From a bacterium (GTDB lineage Bacteria; SZUA-182; DTGQ01; JAFGSM01), in contig JBLIRO010000064.1 of the NCBI GenBank assembly GCA_049472335.1, forward strand, positions 1-28,513: DNA of 28,513 nucleotides, given 5' to 3'. The notes under the pieces are model-generated. The model saw only the letters and a list, made by a program, of their open reading frames with translations. It was not told the origin of the DNA and searched no databases. The position numbers and the translations under genes were made by a program. Below are positions 24,726-28,513 of the stretch, piece after piece. Position 1 is the first letter of the stretch; each line of letters opens with the position of its first letter.

Positions 24726-25415
24726 TCATTCCTTTACGCTTATGGATTTTAATCGGTCCCGCACCTGTTTGATCCTGACTTCAGGGTCGGTCGATCCAAA
24801 GACAGCGGATCCCATAACCATCATATCGGCGCCTGCCTCTGCCACTTCCAGGCAATTATCTGTTTTGACTCCACCATCTACTGCCAGAATCGCATTCGAT
24901 TCATGTTTGTCGATCATATCCCGGGCGCGCTTTATCTTGTCCAGACAGAAAGGGATAAAAGATTGGCCGCCAAAACCCGGATTCACAGACATGATAAGAA
25001 TAAGATCCAGGTCACTGATGAGCCACTCCAGCGTATTTAAAGGTGTCGCCGGATTCAGCGCCACACCGGCCTTCATGCCCAACTCCTTGATTTGTTGAAT
25101 CATTCTCTGGTGATGTCCGGGCACCTCTATATGTATGGTTAGCCAGTTTGCTCCTGCTTCCTTGAAGGAGACTATATATCTTTCCGGCTGTTGAATCATA
25201 AGGTGAACGTCAAGGGGGAGACGGGTTATCCCGGACAACCCCCGGACAACCAATGGGCCGATGGTTATATTCGGGACAAAATGTCCGTCCATGACATCAA
25301 TATGAAGCAAATCCGCCCCTGCATTTTCAACGATCTCTACCTGTCTTCCAAGACAGGAGAAATCAGCGGATAGAATCGAAGGAGCGATAAGGGGTCTTGT
25401 TTCTCTTTTTCTCAA
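24726..25415 (-). CDS. rpe: Ribulose-phosphate 3-epimerase
   Basis: IAPSILSADF, HIDVMDGHFVPNITIG, LDVHLMI, MSVNPGFGGQ, VDGG. Confidence 0.97.
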   Translation of the reverse strand: MRKRETRPLIAPSILSADFSCLGRQVEIVENAGADLLHIDVMDGHFVPNITIGPLVVRGLSGITRLPLDVHLMIQQPERYIVSFKEAGANWLTIHIEVPGHHQRMIQQIKELGMKAGVALNPATPLNTLEWLISDLDLILIMSVNPGFGGQSFIPFCLDKIKRARDMIDKHESNAILAVDGGVKTDNCLEVAEAGADMMVMGSAVFGSTDPEVRIKQVRDRLKSISVKE

Positions 25416-26377
25416 AACTGTCTCTCCTCTACCAATTCACTATCAAGATATATTTGCGCCTTCGTGTTTCTTGTGGTCCGGATAAGAAGCTCAATTTCAT
25501 CTCCAGGAGGCCGGATCTGACGGAAGATCTCTTTGGTGTTATTTTCTGATTGAAGAACTATTTTGACCTCTTTTTCTTCAATGCCGTGCGGGACGCGGTA
25601 TGTCAGCGTAGTATATATCCCGGCTTCCTCCTGATCCAGTTTCTCCTCCTTACTTACTTCAAGATTTATTTTTTCATCGGAAAAAACCCTGAACCCGAAC
25701 TTCGGCCATTGTGATATAACCGTATTAGGAGATCTGATGCTGTTATGTTTATAAGTAATCTGGCCCGGATACAAACCGGCGTTCCTCAACCTTTCAAGAG
25801 CGCTCTCTATCGGGATATCCAACAGATCCGGCATATAAAATCCTTTTGGACTATTCCCTTCACTCAACAGAAGGTCCACGCTCTCCCCCCTGGGTATCAT
25901 ACTGTTTCCTGCCGGATTTTGTGCGATTACCCTGTTTTTCCTTATCTTGTCGTGATGGGTCCTCGCAAGGCGACCAATCTTCAGGCCGGCCTCCTGAATG
26001 ATGTCTTGTGCTCTAAGCCATGGCTCGTCAACAACGTTTGGCACATCCACCTTTTCAGACCCTTTGCTTAAAACAGCCTTTACGGCCCGGTCTCTCTGAA
26101 TAAGGGTCCTTGGTTTAGGGTCCTGGACAATAATGTGGTTCTCGGGGATCAAGTCGTTGAACTCCTTATCAATAATCTTGAGGCGCAGACCGATTTTATT
26201 CAACTGATCCAAGGCATCAACGGTGTCCTTGCCCACTACTGAAGGGACCTTAACCAGGTCGGCTTTGCTTACCAAATTCATGGTGATAAGCGCGCTAATA
26301 AGACTAAGACATAATAGCACTACTACAATGATACAAAATTTAAATAGAAAGAGAAAAATCCGTTTTGTATTAGCCAT
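25412..26377 (-). CDS. Membrane-anchored protein with three PASTA domains (no kinase domain)
   Basis: N-terminal hydrophobic helix, then VPSVVG..QDP, VPNVVD..QNP and MPDLLD..QWP repeats, each ending near SKG/SEG/SKE. Confidence 0.9.
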   Translation of the reverse strand: MANTKRIFLFLFKFCIIVVVLLCLSLISALITMNLVSKADLVKVPSVVGKDTVDALDQLNKIGLRLKIIDKEFNDLIPENHIIVQDPKPRTLIQRDRAVKAVLSKGSEKVDVPNVVDEPWLRAQDIIQEAGLKIGRLARTHHDKIRKNRVIAQNPAGNSMIPRGESVDLLLSEGNSPKGFYMPDLLDIPIESALERLRNAGLYPGQITYKHNSIRSPNTVISQWPKFGFRVFSDEKINLEVSKEEKLDQEEAGIYTTLTYRVPHGIEEKEVKIVLQSENNTKEIFRQIRPPGDEIELLIRTTRNTKAQIYLDSELVEERQF

Positions 26378-26464
26378 CTATCATCCTCGTCCCTTCCTGT
26401 CCGGAGGAAGACCTTCTTGTTTTTCTATCGGTCATTCATAAAAACTATAATCTTTCATTTATCC

Positions 26465-27817
26465 CTATTTTCTCACAGAAAAGGCAAAAAATCCATCAAC
26501 TCCGGAGAAATAAGGTAATATTTGCACAGCGCCCTCCTTTAAAACTATTCCAGCCGATGTCTTTGGAATGGCCTCACTCAGGTCCATAACCATAAATTTT
26601 GTGTGTTTCTCCAGAAACGTTTTCATTATATCATGTGTTTCTTCAGGTTCCAGCGAGCAGGTACAGTAAAGCAGCCTCCCCCCCTTAACAAGGGCCTTTG
26701 CGGCCTGTTCGAGGATATTCTTCTGGATTTTTGAAAGTATATAAAGGTCCTCTTCTTTTCTTAACCACCGTATCTCCGGATGCCTTTTAATTGTACCCAG
26801 GGAGGAGCAGGGAGCATCAACCAGTATTCTGTCGAAGGAATTTTCTTTCCATGGCGGACCCTTTTCGGAATTACCGCAAACAGGGTAACAGATCTTCCCG
26901 CCGAGCCGTTTTGATCTTTTGATAAGCGCTTTTAGTTTACCTTCACTATTATCCGTGCAAAGGATCTTCCCCTGGTTTTCCATAAGATCGGCCATATGGC
27001 AGGATTTGCCTCCGCTGCCCGCGCAGGCGTCAAGCACCATTTGGCCTGTCTTTATATCCAAAAGGTGTGGCATAAGCATGGATGAGATGCCCTGTAGATC
27101 TATCCTTCCTTCCCTATAAAGGGTATTATGTGTGACTGGCCTGGGCCCCTGGATGAAGAATCCTTCAGGGATTATTTCCGAGCGTACAGGCGTTTCCAGA
27201 AACCTTTCAAGGGTGTTCAGGGATTGATCCTGACTGCCTTCTTTAAGCCTGTTCCATCTGATGGTGAGGGGATGAGGAAGGTTGTTCGAGACACATATCT
27301 TAAGAGTTGTTTCAATGCCATACCTTTTCAGCCATCGCTTTACAAGCCATCTGGGATGCGATTGTGTGATAACCAGATATTCCTCGGGACTTTCCTCGAT
27401 CGTTGGCAGATGGCCCTGCCCCGAAGATGCGGTTTTACGAAGTATCGCGTTTACCAGAGATGCCGTTCCCCTATGCCCATATCTATGAGCCAGGCGGACT
27501 GACTCATCAACAGCTACAGAATGCCTTAGCTCGGACATATCAAGTATCTGATAGGCCCCCATTCTGAGGCAGTTTCTGATCCAGGGGGTCATCTTCTCAA
27601 GAGGGTGATCAGAATGGTTGGAAATTACCCGGTCCAGACGGTTTCTATGTCTCAGTACCCCGAAAACCAGAAGATATGACAACCTTCTGTCTTCCGGGGA
27701 CATACTGGTGCGGCTGTATTCAACCTCAAGGAAGTGATTGGCAAACGCCCCCTTTTTTTCCACTTCCTGTAATACCTTAAGGGCGACATGCCGGGCAATT
27801 GAGGCCGATCTTTTCAA
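26465..27817 (-). CDS. rsmB: 16S rRNA m5C967 methyltransferase RsmB/Sun
   Basis: NusB-like N-terminus (LVNAILR), SHPRWLV, VLDACAGSGGK, FDRILVDAPCS, YCTCSL.PEE, DGFF. Confidence 0.94.
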   Translation of the reverse strand: MKRSASIARHVALKVLQEVEKKGAFANHFLEVEYSRTSMSPEDRRLSYLLVFGVLRHRNRLDRVISNHSDHPLEKMTPWIRNCLRMGAYQILDMSELRHSVAVDESVRLAHRYGHRGTASLVNAILRKTASSGQGHLPTIEESPEEYLVITQSHPRWLVKRWLKRYGIETTLKICVSNNLPHPLTIRWNRLKEGSQDQSLNTLERFLETPVRSEIIPEGFFIQGPRPVTHNTLYREGRIDLQGISSMLMPHLLDIKTGQMVLDACAGSGGKSCHMADLMENQGKILCTDNSEGKLKALIKRSKRLGGKICYPVCGNSEKGPPWKENSFDRILVDAPCSSLGTIKRHPEIRWLRKEEDLYILSKIQKNILEQAAKALVKGGRLLYCTCSLEPEETHDIMKTFLEKHTKFMVMDLSEAIPKTSAGIVLKEGAVQILPYFSGVDGFFAFSVRK

Positions 27818-28080
27818 TTTTCATATTCCGGTTGATCAGACAGGATCTTATATAGTTTATGGGCTTCTCTGGCAGGCACATTACCTCGGGGAATTTCGAG
27901 TATCTCAATCTCTTTTCTGTGAGAACCCAGGTGAAGGATTATTCTGTCTCCCGGTTTCATGTCTCTGCCGGGTTTGCTCCTTGTCCCGTTTACCTCGATC
28001 CAGCCCCTTTGGCAGAACTCGTGAGCCAGGGTCCTGCGTTTGACCAGCCGGCTGACCTTTAAAAATAAATCTAATCTCAA
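27814..28080 (-). CDS. RNA-binding S4 domain protein (YabO/RqcP/Hsp15-like)
   Basis: MRLDLFLKVSRLVKRRTLA.E.C..G.I.VNG...KP...KPGD. Confidence 0.9.
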   Translation of the reverse strand: MRLDLFLKVSRLVKRRTLAHEFCQRGWIEVNGTRSKPGRDMKPGDRIILHLGSHRKEIEILEIPRGNVPAREAHKLYKILSDQPEYEN

Positions 28081-28081
28081 A

Positions 28082-28513
28082 TCACTGATACCGCGACAGG
28101 GTTTCCTTGTTTATTTCAATTGTTCCTATTTTCCTGAGTTTTTCGATCCATGAGTCAAAAAAATCCGACCTTTTCCTTTCAATGAGTTTTTCTTTGATAT
28201 CCTCCCAGATTGGTGATCCCTGCTCAAGCCCTACATTTTTCCGGTCGGAAATAAAAATGATATGGTACCCGAGGTCTGTAATTACAGGTACGGTAATATT
28301 TCCCGGCTGTAATCCCTGTATGGCCTCCGCAAATTCCGGTCTGAGGTCCTTTATATAAAACCAGCCAAGATAACCACCTTCTGATGCCGATACATCTTCG
28401 GAAAACTCGGAAGCAAGCTCGGAGAAGGAATTCCCTTGCTCCCATTGCCTGATAATATCGTTAGCCTTTTTTATTATTTCTTTGCCTTTTTCAGGACGGT
28501 CCTCCTCAGGACA
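28082..28513 (-). CDS. C-terminal part of a SurA/PrsA-like parvulin peptidyl-prolyl isomerase (runs off the window end)
   Basis: Hand translation of an open frame from 28513 to TGA at 28084-28082: ...SFSELASEFSEDVSASEGGYLGWF...LRPEFAEA...PVITDLGYHII...WIEKLRK...IEI. Not in the ORF track because the start lies outside the window. Confidence 0.88.
   Translation of the reverse strand, partial: CPEEDRPEKGKEIIKKANDIIRQWEQGNSFSELASEFSEDVSASEGGYLGWFYIKDLRPEFAEAIQGLQPGNITVPVITDLGYHIIFISDRKNVGLEQGSPIWEDIKEKLIERKRSDFFDSWIEKLRKIGTIEINKETLSRYQ

Noticed and set aside
26378..26464. Tiny upstream ORFs (MKDYSFYE, MTDRKQEGLPPDRKGRG) and a 6-bp hairpin before the PASTA gene
   Set aside because: Two consecutive stops separate them from the PASTA frame, no leader-peptide signature, expected by chance

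Overview
Bacterial chromosomal window, probably from an anaerobic diderm. The gene styles look Deltaproteobacteria/Nitrospinae-like, which is an impression only. Left half: decayed AAA+ (DUF4143-type) ATPase, coiled-coil protein, cyclophilin lipoprotein, moeA-PBP fusion plus moaA, YkvA, NDP-sugar epimerase and a secreted 8-blade PQQ-like propeller. Next come a thioredoxin-CcdA-TlpA-GGDEF/HD-GYP run and a minimal SufC/SufB (SMS-type) Fe-S pair. Right half: a minus-strand housekeeping run (parvulin PPIase, S4 protein, rsmB, PASTA protein, rpe, TPR protein, RpoH-like sigma, ribF, uppS, cdsA, dxr, rseP). Two structures are not visible as such in the ORF track. (1) An AT-rich island (~15390-17160) reads as a decayed integron: frameshifted integrase 5' remnant, near-consensus promoter, a membrane-protein cassette, a DUF2442/DUF4160 cassette with complementary core ends, and attC-like 36-nt repeats. 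(2) A 141-bp element between cdsA and dxr holds only the two termini of a GxxExxY (PD-(D/E)XK-like) gene inside periodic inverted repeats with a possible 5-bp target duplication, i.e. a candidate non-autonomous GxxExxY mobile element. All family assignments come from motif recognition, not database searches.
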